This document shows, piece after piece, positions 27,532 to 36,501 of a stretch of DNA of 64,000 nt (the stretch's first letter is position 1; each line of letters begins with the position of its first letter). Where the stretch lies: positions 39,869 through 103,868 of the IMG/VR virus record IMGVR_UViG_3300008050_000024. One strand, written 5' to 3'. Below the pieces are notes generated by a model. The model saw only the letters and a program-made list of their open reading frames with translations. It had not been told where the DNA came from and searched no databases. The position numbers and the translations under genes are program-made. The DNA comes from a virus.

Positions 27532-28086
27532 ATGCTAACCGAACAAGTATTTCTAACATTGACTTCGGGCAGCCCCGAAGAGAATAACTGGTGTATGCCT
27601 TTACTTTACAAACCCCTTTCCATCCCATTGCGTATTCTACAGGCTCAGATCGCAATCAAAAAATATAAAACGATAAAAAGCGCTCTTCAAGATCGGATCT
27701 GGCGTCTTTTCCCAAACGGACGTGACGATCTACCTATCATGGGATTTTCATTTACTCTGGATAAACAGGACAGAGTATGCTCTGAAATCTTAGAATTGAA
27801 TTGTTGGGCTATCGGTGATTTGGATAGCATGATGAAAAAGCAACTAGCGGAACGGCCCACTTGGAATTCATTTTCGGTCATAATTTATTTCCATGATCTC
27901 TTAATACTAGCCCCGCACTTTGATGATAACACTTCGTTTCTAGAAATGAGTGCAGTAGGGCTAATCGAACATCAAGCACAAGAAAACACCGATGCGTCAG
28001 AATTGCTGCTGAGTGAGATCAGAGATCGAACCAATGGCATCAATAATTGGGCAAAACAAAGGCTTTTGGAAATAAAACGGAAATAA
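27532..28086 (+). CDS. Hypothetical protein, last gene of the + strand arm
   Basis: SD AAGGAG. Confidence 0.6.
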   Translation: MLTEQVFLTLTSGSPEENNWCMPLLYKPLSIPLRILQAQIAIKKYKTIKSALQDRIWRLFPNGRDDLPIMGFSFTLDKQDRVCSEILELNCWAIGDLDSMMKKQLAERPTWNSFSVIIYFHDLLILAPHFDDNTSFLEMSAVGLIEHQAQENTDASELLLSEIRDRTNGINNWAKQRLLEIKRK

Positions 28087-28089
28087 GCG

Positions 28090-28116
28090 GATTGACAGTG
28101 TTTTTCTGTCAGTTTT
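28090..28116 (+). terminator. Putative intrinsic terminator at the convergence point
   Basis: TGACAG-N7-CTGTCA hairpin followed by GTTTT just after the stop at 28086. Confidence 0.45.
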
Positions 28117-28216
28117 AAGCGTCTAGTTTTCCGTTTTTAGGAGGACGGACAGTCTATGTGTCCAGGGAGGGGAGTGTCGTTAAAATGCACACTCTAAAAG
28201 GATTAGATGGACTTGG

Positions 28217-28381
28217 TTAATTTATCCAAAACTTGTCCATATATTTAGCGTATAATGCGGTTAAATTGGGGTCTGCGATCCGTGTAGTCACATCATCTAA
28301 AGGTCTTAGCAGTATATCTGCTGTGTACCGTTTAGTCTCGAACTCGTTGACATATTGGTTCCACAATTCGGTGATCGTCAT
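28217..28381 (-). CDS. Possible 54-aa protein (MTITELW...)
   Basis: Non-overlapping 3' part of track ORF 28217..28651. Confidence 0.3.
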   Translation of the reverse strand: MTITELWNQYVNEFETKRYTADILLRPLDDVTTRIADPNLTALYAKYMDKFWIN

Positions 28382-28394
28382 TTGGACGAATTCA

Positions 28395-28868
28395 CTATTT
28401 GACGAGGGAGTATATTTTGGCACCGGCGAGCAGGCCAAGTGCTTTTCCGATATTGTCGAAGATTCTGTTTCGGTGTGCTCTTGCAAGTTCCCGTTTGCCT
28501 GCGGCCACTTCGTTCTCTGTAAGCTTGACTCTTTCTTTCCAGAAGGCGATTTTTTCTTCGAACAACGCTTTTCGTTCTTCTTCGATGGCGAGTCGTTCTT
28601 GCCATTGTTCGAGAAGTTTGTTCTGCGTATTTTTAAGGACTTTGATGACATCGGTTAGCTCTTCAGTTTTATGGACAAGTCCGAGTTTCTCCGCTTTTAA
28701 TGCTACATCTTCGGCAACATGAGTTTGGAAATTTTCTTCAGTTAAGTACACACCGGGAGACAGTGTAACCTCTGCTCCCTTGACTACGGCTTTAAAGGGT
28801 TCTTGTATCCGCTGAAACTTGACAGAATGACAAGTATAAACGAAAATGATAAATAAAATGAGTCTCAT
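28395..28868 (-). CDS. Exported coiled-coil protein, spanin-like candidate
   Basis: Hydrophobic N-terminus ending in Cys (weak lipobox), coiled coil, hydrophobic C-terminus; ATGA-coupled to the upstream TM gene. Confidence 0.45.
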   Translation of the reverse strand: MRLILFIIFVYTCHSVKFQRIQEPFKAVVKGAEVTLSPGVYLTEENFQTHVAEDVALKAEKLGLVHKTEELTDVIKVLKNTQNKLLEQWQERLAIEEERKALFEEKIAFWKERVKLTENEVAAGKRELARAHRNRIFDNIGKALGLLAGAKIYSLVK

Positions 28869-29239
28869 GCTTCTTCAAACCCTGCCATCTCTTCGGCCTT
28901 AGCCGTATTACCTTCTGCCAATGCTTTTTCTACAACAGCAATGGCTTCCTCTAATTGATCATCTTTGATTTTGGTTCTCTTTTTGATTTCTTCTAAAGCT
29001 GTCTTCTGATCTTCCAGGGCATCATCCCATTTCATTTTATTGGCTACTTCTTTGACTTCTATTTTTGCAGCCTCAATGTCCTTTTTGTAGATGTCCTCTA
29101 GATTCTTTTTCTTTGCCTTCCGTATCTGTTCCACGACTTTAGAGTAGTCGCCTCCCAAGTATCTACGAACAAAAAGAAAAGCCAGAATAGCCACAAGAGC
29201 GTATCCGGCATACACCATATATTCTTTGAATTTATTCAT
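28865..29239 (-). CDS. N-terminal TM plus coiled-coil protein, i-spanin-like candidate
   Basis: YAGYALVAILAFLFV TM followed by a charged helix. Confidence 0.45.
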   Translation of the reverse strand: MNKFKEYMVYAGYALVAILAFLFVRRYLGGDYSKVVEQIRKAKKKNLEDIYKKDIEAAKIEVKEVANKMKWDDALEDQKTALEEIKKRTKIKDDQLEEAIAVVEKALAEGNTAKAEEMAGFEEA

Positions 29240-29589
29240 GCGCTTGCTGTAGGTAGAACCTCAATCTCAAACTGGGTTAATTCATTCGTCCCTGTAGATC
29301 CTGAAGGAAAGTCTAGTAAGAAATTAAACAACCAAGAACCAACCTCATTCAAATCTGTGTAAGCCGCAATGGCTTTAAATGAAATAGCAATAAAGTCATC
29401 ATCAGTATCTACGGTAATGCCCACGTCACTGCACGCTATGGCTGTAGTTACTCCGGCGGGTGTCTTTACATAAATGAAAGAAGAAGCCTTAACAAGCGTA
29501 GCCAACACAATGGTATCGCCTGTATCGGGATCCGCGAACGTAAACTCTAAGACAGGTTTAGTTCCTTGCGTATATCTTAAATTGCTCAT
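29236..29589 (-). CDS. Small beta-rich virion protein (BppU-N/Ig-like candidate)
   Basis: QGTKPVLEFTF...VKTPAG...DLNEVGSW...FEIEV pattern. Confidence 0.45.
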   Translation of the reverse strand: MSNLRYTQGTKPVLEFTFADPDTGDTIVLATLVKASSFIYVKTPAGVTTAIACSDVGITVDTDDDFIAISFKAIAAYTDLNEVGSWLFNFLLDFPSGSTGTNELTQFEIEVLPTASA

Positions 29590-29690
29590 GGTAGAACGAT
29601 TATCTCCTTGCGCACCTTAACTGGAGGAATATCCAGACCGGTGCGTTTGGTGACTGGAGGAACTGATATTGTTTGGCGAATCGGTGTCAT
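29586..29690 (-). CDS. 34-aa ORF below the track cut-off (MTPIRQTISVPPVTKRTGLDIPPVKVRKEIIVLP)
   Basis: Fills the gap exactly with ATGA overlaps at both ends. Confidence 0.5.
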   Translation of the reverse strand: MTPIRQTISVPPVTKRTGLDIPPVKVRKEIIVLP

Positions 29691-30163
29691 AGCAAATAAG
29701 CGGATGACTGTAAAGTATTGAAAAGGATACGGTCATCATCCGGGGCTACACCTACTTGGAAAACAAATCCTGTAGTCGGAGCAGTATTCGACAAGGCTGA
29801 GCCATTGATAAAAATAGGTGCTCCTACAGTGAACCCGTGCCCTTTTAGATAGATCTCATGGTACTGTGCTACCGTGATAATCTCACCAACAGCACCTCCA
29901 TCTAGAGAAACACCAAACACAATGGAAGCATGTCCGACAGTGGTTGAATTTGCTAGCTCAGCTTTGTCGTCCGAATTCTTGATTACGGGCTTATACAGGC
30001 CGATAACCGAATCAAGTACGATCCTCTGGATAACACTCGAGACCGAAGATCCTTCTCCCCTGTTACTGACCAGTTCTTGTTTTTCCTCGTCGGTAAGTAC
30101 CTGGGGAAGGTTGTTAGATCCCAGTCCGTGCACTTTTGCAAAACTTCCACTAAATCCAGCCAT
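29687..30163 (-). CDS. Virion structural protein, capsid-cement-like beta fold (putative)
   Basis: FGVSLDGGAVGE...GAPIFINGSALSNTAPTTGFVFQVGVA. Confidence 0.45.
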   Translation of the reverse strand: MAGFSGSFAKVHGLGSNNLPQVLTDEEKQELVSNRGEGSSVSSVIQRIVLDSVIGLYKPVIKNSDDKAELANSTTVGHASIVFGVSLDGGAVGEIITVAQYHEIYLKGHGFTVGAPIFINGSALSNTAPTTGFVFQVGVAPDDDRILFNTLQSSAYLL

Positions 30164-30173
30164 TATTCTTTCC

Positions 30174-30566
30174 TCACTTTAATCGTTCGTCGGTTCCAAC
30201 TAATCGTCCAAAATTGGGCTTAGCCATCCGTCGCTGTATCCCTACAAAAAGCTTACCTTTGTTTTTTTCAAAATACACACGACGTTCGTAGCAATCTCTC
30301 GTTGTATGGATTTGACCGGCGTCATCTTTTACTTTTCGAAAAGACTTAAATTGACGGTAGGTCCAACAAGTGACGGCAACCCCGGGCCCTAGGTGTTTCT
30401 CAAGATTAACTTTTTGCTTTTTTTCCAAAATAAGTAACCGCCCAGGTTCCATTTTTTCGCCATTGTTATACCTGTCTTTAGTATTAGAGTGTTTGAACTT
30501 CTTCTTAGAAAAACGAAAATCTAAATACGAAAAAAGTTCTTGTATTGTTTTTGCTTTTCTAGCCAT
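30174..30566 (-). CDS. Basic hypothetical protein
   Basis: Coupled ORF with TAATG overlap. Confidence 0.55.
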   Translation of the reverse strand: MARKAKTIQELFSYLDFRFSKKKFKHSNTKDRYNNGEKMEPGRLLILEKKQKVNLEKHLGPGVAVTCWTYRQFKSFRKVKDDAGQIHTTRDCYERRVYFEKNKGKLFVGIQRRMAKPNFGRLVGTDERLK

Positions 30567-32056
30567 TATACAAACCTGTTAAGAAACTTCTTAGCTTCAT
30601 CTCCAGTGACAATAATGTACTTTCCTGTAATGGTTCCGGAGTATGAATTGGTGTTTGAGATCATGACAACCAACCCTGCAGCGCCTCCGCCATTGCCACC
30701 GTGCCCACCGTCTCCTCCGGCAGAGGAGTTTGGATCGTTTCCACTTACGCCAGTACCACCAGCACCGCCGTTCCCTGCACCTAGTCCAGATACAAAGGCT
30801 GTTATTCCTGCAGCTCCTGTTCCGGCAGTTCCGTCAGTTCCGTTAGCCGTGGCGGGATCGTCGGGAGCGCCATCAGGTGTTCGTGTTTTTCCTGCGGCTC
30901 CTGTTCCCCCTCCACCGCCTCCCTGTCCTCCAGGTAGTCCAGCATAGGGAGAGCTAGAAGAGAGATGGTACCAATAACTAGAACCATTAGCACCATTGCC
31001 CCCATTACCAGAAGCACCGTCAGTGACATAGCCACCGCCCCCACCCCCACCAGAACCAAACCCACCGCCGTTACCGCCGTTACCAGCTTCTGTTTTAGCT
31101 GCGCCACCGCCGCCTCCTCCACCGCCTCCTCCGGATCCAGCAGATCCAGCAGAAGTACCAGTTCCCGCAGTAGCCGACGATCCTGATGGGATTATTTGTG
31201 GGGGTAGGTATACTCGGTCAATTCGTGTAAGGAGTAAAAGAGCATCGCCCGCTCCTCCATTTTTTCCTATAGTAGGGGAATCGGGAGGGGGACCAACATC
31301 GGCCCCGGCATTGTCTAAAGAACCGCCTCCACCACCTAACCAGGAATTAGATTGACCGCCTCGGCCGACCCCGGATACAGAGGCTACTTCGGAGTATAAT
31401 CCGTTTCCTCCGTGCCCCCCTCCATTGGGTGATACCTTATCGGCGCCACCGCCTCCGCCACAACCAGGAATGCCGCAGTGTCCACCAGGCTCGCCGCTGT
31501 AGCCAGTCCCACCGGCATTTGCTGCAGCACTGGAACCACCGACGCCACCAGATACGTCAATATTTCCAGATCCACCAATGTCTCCTTCGGATACTAATAC
31601 AATCAGACCGCCTCCACCCCCGCCTGATGTAGTGTTTTCAGCCACACCAACAGCAGAGAGGTTGCCTATTACTGATATATTTCCTTTGGATAGTATTTGT
31701 GTCCAGCCACCGGAAGAGGCTTGAGAATTGCCTCCCTCTCGCTCTAATGGAGGAATAAATTTAGTTCCTAGCGTATCATACACAATTCCTAGAGGAGGTC
31801 CGGGATGACCGTAGAACTGTGTGACAACTCGGGCAATGCCCGCCTGTTGTCCTACCGTTAAATTATGGGAGATGGTTACTGCGCCCGTGGCTCGGTATAT
31901 TTTGCCTGAATTAACAGAATTATTGCCGTCTGTCGCAAGCGTAGTGGCTTCCAGGTCAGTATTACCAAAACCCGCCGTAATGGCGCCATCGGATTCATCG
32001 CCGTATATTCCTAGGGAGGGAGTATTATTTAATTTTGCAGATTTTAATTTTGACAT
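30566..32056 (-). CDS. Glycine-rich adhesin / fibre-tip protein, paralog 2
   Basis: Many GGGG and GxG runs; paralog of 32065..33504. Confidence 0.65.
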   Translation of the reverse strand: MSKLKSAKLNNTPSLGIYGDESDGAITAGFGNTDLEATTLATDGNNSVNSGKIYRATGAVTISHNLTVGQQAGIARVVTQFYGHPGPPLGIVYDTLGTKFIPPLEREGGNSQASSGGWTQILSKGNISVIGNLSAVGVAENTTSGGGGGGLIVLVSEGDIGGSGNIDVSGGVGGSSAAANAGGTGYSGEPGGHCGIPGCGGGGGADKVSPNGGGHGGNGLYSEVASVSGVGRGGQSNSWLGGGGGSLDNAGADVGPPPDSPTIGKNGGAGDALLLLTRIDRVYLPPQIIPSGSSATAGTGTSAGSAGSGGGGGGGGGGAAKTEAGNGGNGGGFGSGGGGGGGYVTDGASGNGGNGANGSSYWYHLSSSSPYAGLPGGQGGGGGGTGAAGKTRTPDGAPDDPATANGTDGTAGTGAAGITAFVSGLGAGNGGAGGTGVSGNDPNSSAGGDGGHGGNGGGAAGLVVMISNTNSYSGTITGKYIIVTGDEAKKFLNRFV

Positions 32057-32064
32057 GAAAACCC

Positions 32065-33504
32065 TTAAATGAATTGAGAAAGTATCTTTTTGGGATCGTC
32101 CCCGGTAAGAATGATGTATCGACCTACAACAGATCCAAGAAAAGAGTTAGTTTGAGAAATGAAAACAACCAACCCGGCTGCTCCTCCACCGTTTCCTCCG
32201 TCGCCTCCCTGTCCTCCAGCGCCTCCAGATCCGTTTGATCCAGTTTTACCAACACCGCCAGATCCAGCACCTACACCGGCTACAAAAGGAGTAATTCCAG
32301 CAGCTCCAGTACCACCATTTCCGGGTGTGCCGTTGGTGAGGCCACCATTATATTCATTGCCCATACAGGCACCGCCACCACCTCCGCCCCCTTGACCGCC
32401 AGGAAGTCCAGCATAAATGGATTTGGAAGAGAGTGAGTATAAGCCTGTATCTCCAATCCCGCCGTCACCGCCATCTCCGGAAGTTCCGCCACCAACTTCA
32501 TATCCAGAACCACCGCCACCCCCAGAACCAGCTTGTCCACCGTCACCTCCGTCGTTAGCAGATGATGTTTCCCAATGAGCTCCACCTCCGCCTCCGCCAT
32601 GTGCTCCCCCCGCTCCACCGTTAGTGCCTGCTCCAGCTGCTCCAGATGAGTTAGTGCCCCGAACAGGACCAAAAGTAAACAATTGTTCAGTTGGTGCGTA
32701 ATTGGAAAGATAGGAATCTCCCGCTCCTCCCGCTCCTCCATTACTAGCATCTGAATCTATACCGGCGTTATCTAAGGATCCTCCCCCACCTGCTGACTCA
32801 GTTCCCGCTTGAAGCATTGTACCACCAGCAGTACCGTTTAAAAGGCCGCTCCCCGCTGCTCCAGCTCCTGCAGTGCCGTTTATATTAGAACCTTCGCCTC
32901 CCCCTGAACCCCCAAAGCCTGCGTGTCCTCCGGGCTCATTACTATAGCCTCCAGCACCGCCATTTGCGGCTCCTGTGGCGCCTCCAGTACCTCCAGACAC
33001 ATCTACAGTGCCGGTTCCAGAAATATCTCCATTAGCGACGATAATAATAAGTCCGCCACCCCCGCCACCAGATGTAGCACTTCCAGCTACTCCTACCGCG
33101 GATATATCTCCCACGATGGAGATGTCTCCTCCGGATATGATCTGTACTGTACCTCCACAGGAAGTCGTTGATCCACCGCCTTCACGCATGGGAGCTGGTA
33201 ACGATTTAGTACCAACAGCTCGGGTTATACTCCCCAAGTCAATGCCGTGTCCTCCCAAATACGAAGGAAAGCCGGACCGAGGAAGGCCGACTTGTTTGCC
33301 TATGGCTAAATCGTGGTCTATTACAATATCACCTGAGGCCCGGTAGATGTAGTCAGTATTGACTGAATCATTAGCGTCTGTTCCGATTGTAGTTGCATTT
33401 AGATCCGCATTCCCAAAACCAGTAGAAACTGCCCCATCCGATTCATCTCCGTAGGCTCCCGCAGATGGAGTGTTATCTAGTTTTGCGTGTTTTAATTTTG
33501 ACAT
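32065..33504 (-). CDS. Glycine-rich adhesin / fibre-tip protein, paralog 1
   Basis: Same N-terminus (MSKLKxAKLxNTPS..YGDESDGA) and similar C-terminus as the neighbour. Confidence 0.65.
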   Translation of the reverse strand: MSKLKHAKLDNTPSAGAYGDESDGAVSTGFGNADLNATTIGTDANDSVNTDYIYRASGDIVIDHDLAIGKQVGLPRSGFPSYLGGHGIDLGSITRAVGTKSLPAPMREGGGSTTSCGGTVQIISGGDISIVGDISAVGVAGSATSGGGGGGLIIIVANGDISGTGTVDVSGGTGGATGAANGGAGGYSNEPGGHAGFGGSGGGEGSNINGTAGAGAAGSGLLNGTAGGTMLQAGTESAGGGGSLDNAGIDSDASNGGAGGAGDSYLSNYAPTEQLFTFGPVRGTNSSGAAGAGTNGGAGGAHGGGGGGAHWETSSANDGGDGGQAGSGGGGGSGYEVGGGTSGDGGDGGIGDTGLYSLSSKSIYAGLPGGQGGGGGGGACMGNEYNGGLTNGTPGNGGTGAAGITPFVAGVGAGSGGVGKTGSNGSGGAGGQGGDGGNGGGAAGLVVFISQTNSFLGSVVGRYIILTGDDPKKILSQFI

Positions 33505-33534
33505 CCTCCACCTCTATTTCACAATGTAATTGAT

Positions 33535-33563
33535 AAAAGAAAAGAGGGGACCGAAGCCCCCTC
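33535..33563 (-). terminator. Intrinsic terminator with cUUCGg tetraloop
   Basis: mRNA GAGGGGGC-UUCG-GUCCCCUC then UUUUCUUUU. Confidence 0.85.
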
Positions 33564-33591
33564 CCTCTACTTTATTCCTCAACAACCTTTA

Positions 33592-35223
33592 TTAGGCTGC
33601 GGAATTTGACTGGCAAATGACGATAAGGTCATCACCGGTAGATAAACTTGTACCTACTCCTGCAGTGTGATCTGCAGCTTCTCCGTTGTTCTCATCCGAA
33701 TCAGCGATGAACAAACGGTTAGCGTTAGCATCACCCATAACAAAGTCGGCAGTCTGTCCAGTGTCCAGTCCGTCTTTGTTAAGTTGAGGAGATCCACCAA
33801 CATCCAGGACGATAACATCATCGTCCGCTCCAGGAGTAAACGGTAAGGAAATGAATCCCTGTCCCGATCCCGTGCCTGTATGAGTGGAGGTGAGGCGGTA
33901 CTGCTTGACTCTCAAACCAAGACCAAACTCATTTCGTAATTGAGCTGGTGTGATGTTAGTAATAGAGCCTGAAGGGCGTCGACCAACAACGGTTGTTGCA
34001 GTAACAGCCAATGGAGTAATGTTGCCCCCACCAACACGACCAACGAGTGATTCATCACTCATTTGCACACCCTCAACCGCATTACCATTGATACGAGCAA
34101 CAAAACTCTGAGCCGCAATTGTGATGGCCTCATACCCGGTCCCAGAAGACCCGATAATATTACCAGCAGCGCCGGTATCATCATCAATGGCAGTGCCCGT
34201 CCAATTATTGGCATCATCGGCGGTTCCAGTTAAATCACCAGTAACATCCCCGGTGACATTCCCGGTGACATCCCCGGTGACGGTTCCAGTTAAGTCCCCT
34301 TCGAATGTACCAGCAACCATGGTTCCTGCGGTAAATCCAGCACCACCGACACTAACAATGGTGCCAGGCTTTTCAGTTAAGTCATCGAAGATCTTGAACT
34401 TGCCGTCAGTCGCATCGAAAAATGCTCCACGGTATTTGGTTGTGCTCGATTCTCGATATGGAGAAAAGAATCCAGTATCCAGTGCGTCTTCATCTGCTCC
34501 GGAAGTCTGATCCTTAGCCATTTCGAAAAGGGAATCTTCGTACTGTACAACAGCACCCGACACAGTAGTAGGTCCTGCAGTGACAATTAAACCACTACAA
34601 GTAACCTGGGCGAACTCTACATTATCGCCCGTATCCAGTCCAATGGACGTCCTTGCTTGCGCAGGTGTCTTGAGTACCAGATTAGATGCATTGCCGGCAA
34701 CAAAGTTATCGGCAGTGACACCTAATGCAGCAATATCTGCAAGGCGAGCATGGTACGCTTGTACATTGGTCCCAATGGCCAGTCCCAAGGTAGTTCGCTG
34801 CGCACTTGCGTCAGCGTCATCCAAAAGGGCTAATCCAGCCGCTGTCAGGTCAAACGTAGCAGCAGTAGAAGCAGAATCAAAGTAGATTCCCTTATCCTGC
34901 GCTTGGGTCAAACCCGCAATGTCCGTCAGGATGGCATTGTCGGAAGCACCTGATACGTTCTTCCAAACAGCCGCTCCAGTACCAGCATCGGTACAAAACC
35001 AAATAGCACCTGCCGTAGTGGTCCAAATAGACCCCATCCCGTAGGTCTCGGTATTGTCATTACTGACACCAGGATCTGATCCTGCGCCAAAATTTGACTT
35101 TTTGTTGTTAATCGTGGTAAGGTCTACCCCGTTGATTTGTCCCCCTGTTAAAAGGGCGTTGGACAAAGTTAATGCAACGGAAGATGACCCGGCCACGAGT
35201 TTTTCGGGTTTTAATCCGCTCAT
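33592..35223 (-). CDS. Tail or head fibre-like structural protein
   Basis: Ala/Gly/Thr-rich; LLDDADASAQRTTLGL and GDVTGNVTG fibre-type repeats. Confidence 0.65.
   Translation of the reverse strand: MSGLKPEKLVAGSSSVALTLSNALLTGGQINGVDLTTINNKKSNFGAGSDPGVSNDNTETYGMGSIWTTTAGAIWFCTDAGTGAAVWKNVSGASDNAILTDIAGLTQAQDKGIYFDSASTAATFDLTAAGLALLDDADASAQRTTLGLAIGTNVQAYHARLADIAALGVTADNFVAGNASNLVLKTPAQARTSIGLDTGDNVEFAQVTCSGLIVTAGPTTVSGAVVQYEDSLFEMAKDQTSGADEDALDTGFFSPYRESSTTKYRGAFFDATDGKFKIFDDLTEKPGTIVSVGGAGFTAGTMVAGTFEGDLTGTVTGDVTGNVTGDVTGDLTGTADDANNWTGTAIDDDTGAAGNIIGSSGTGYEAITIAAQSFVARINGNAVEGVQMSDESLVGRVGGGNITPLAVTATTVVGRRPSGSITNITPAQLRNEFGLGLRVKQYRLTSTHTGTGSGQGFISLPFTPGADDDVIVLDVGGSPQLNKDGLDTGQTADFVMGDANANRLFIADSDENNGEAADHTAGVGTSLSTGDDLIVICQSNSAA
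34225..34300 (-). repeat. 12-bp coding tandem repeats (G[DN][LV]T units)
   Basis: Encodes GDLTGTVTGDVTGNVTGDVTGDLTG. Confidence 0.7.
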
Positions 35224-35234
35224 GGTATAGTCTC

Positions 35235-35300
35235 CTTCTTCAAAAAGAAATTAAAAGTACATTGTAACGCGTTAAAAAGTGCTTACTGTTTTTGAAGAAG
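35235..35300 (-). promoter_or_regulatory. Inverted repeat overlapping the SD of gene 33592..35223
   Basis: Perfect 12-bp arms CTTCTTCAAAAA (35235-35246) and TTTTTGAAGAAG (35289-35300). Confidence 0.55.
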
Positions 35301-35339
35301 ATCCCGGACCATTACTCTCGGAATCTTAAATTCATTTTT

Positions 35340-36188
35340 TTAGTTTGTAGCGTATGAATACGTCATACACAAGGTGTCGCCTTCTATGAAATCCTCTGAT
35401 AGGTTTTCATGCAATTCCGTACCGGCGCCGTCATGATCGGCCAATCGGTCACGGATGTATATTCTTCTGGGGACATTTGCATCGGCCTCAAAATCAGGCG
35501 ACGGAGATCCAGACTTGGCTGTAATTGCTTTTTTGTTCGTCTGCGGTCCCCCCATGTCATCATGCATTTGGATATGTACAGCATTGATTGGTGTAAAGTC
35601 CAAAACAAAGTAGCCATCTGTCAATACCTGCGCAGTGACTTCTATGTATTCCTGCCAAGGAATTGCTCCAGAAATGCCTTGCTCTAAAGCGTCTATCTGA
35701 TCTTGCAGTATTTTAGCTCCTGCAAGGTTCAATGCTATATCTGTGGCAGTACTGTTAAGAAGAGACGAAAGTTCAGTTTCTAATATCTGAACGTCCAAAC
35801 TGCTGAGATGGGTGAACGAGGCTGAATTTGCTGCCCAGTCTCCTGCATCGACATCTGCCGTGCAGCGGTACATCGTAGTATTCCCACCGTAATTCGAATC
35901 GGCGGTTACAATGTACTTCTTATCCGTACTGTCGTCTTCAGCAATCGCATCTACGACCATGACCTCTTCATCGGCTACAATCTCAAAAGCAAGTAGCTCT
36001 AATAATTTTTTGAGCTGAACGCCTTGATTAGCAGCAAGGGGCTTTAACGAATCACTGGTTGTGAGATTATCAATGAGATCGGCTACAGTCAATAGTGCAT
36101 TACCGTCTCCATCAATAAGAGTACTACCAGAAGGAGCGTTTCCTAAAAGGCCTTCTGTTCTTAATACTGCTGGTTTAATGGTTGGCAT
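35340..36188 (-). CDS. Fibre-associated structural protein
   Basis: Two LxxxLxS..xALxAxxGxxL fibre-type repeats; C-domain similar to that of 33592..35223. Confidence 0.55.
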   Translation of the reverse strand: MPTIKPAVLRTEGLLGNAPSGSTLIDGDGNALLTVADLIDNLTTSDSLKPLAANQGVQLKKLLELLAFEIVADEEVMVVDAIAEDDSTDKKYIVTADSNYGGNTTMYRCTADVDAGDWAANSASFTHLSSLDVQILETELSSLLNSTATDIALNLAGAKILQDQIDALEQGISGAIPWQEYIEVTAQVLTDGYFVLDFTPINAVHIQMHDDMGGPQTNKKAITAKSGSPSPDFEADANVPRRIYIRDRLADHDGAGTELHENLSEDFIEGDTLCMTYSYATN

Positions 36189-36201
36189 ATTGTATCCTCA
36201 C

Positions 36202-36501
36202 TCATTCCGTATCGGATTCCACATTTTCACTAGCCCCTACAATTGTTCCTCTGCAACAGCCTGAAATGGTGTCACCTATTCTCGCAAGTCCCTTACTTTC
36301 TCCTAGAACAGTAGCCGACGCTCTAACTACAATGCCCCGATGTCCGCACCGACCCACTACGACACTATGTAAGCGAGCCGCGCCCTTCCCGTTGATCACT
36401 ATAGAGGGGGCTCCAGTAACAATGATTCCTGACATCGGAATGGGACTCTCATGACAGACACAAGTGCCTGACCATGTATCAGTTATACGAGCTACTCTCA
36501 T
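36202..36501 (-). CDS. PAAR spike-tip protein
   Basis: VARITD..C.CH, INGKGAARL, CGH, LARIGD. Confidence 0.88.
   Translation of the reverse strand: MRVARITDTWSGTCVCHESPIPMSGIIVTGAPSIVINGKGAARLHSVVVGRCGHRGIVVRASATVLGESKGLARIGDTISGCCRGTIVGASENVESDTE

Noticed and set aside
28120-28209. tRNA gene (cloverleaf-like pairing)
   Set aside because: No T-loop GTTC motif, D-loop GG context or correct arm lengths.
28217-28651. 144-aa ORF nested in the spanin-like gene as an Rz1-type product
   Set aside because: No signal peptide or lipobox; only its non-overlapping last 54 codons are plausible.
30540-33346. Pro-rich + strand ORFs
   Set aside because: Antisense shadows of the glycine-rich genes.
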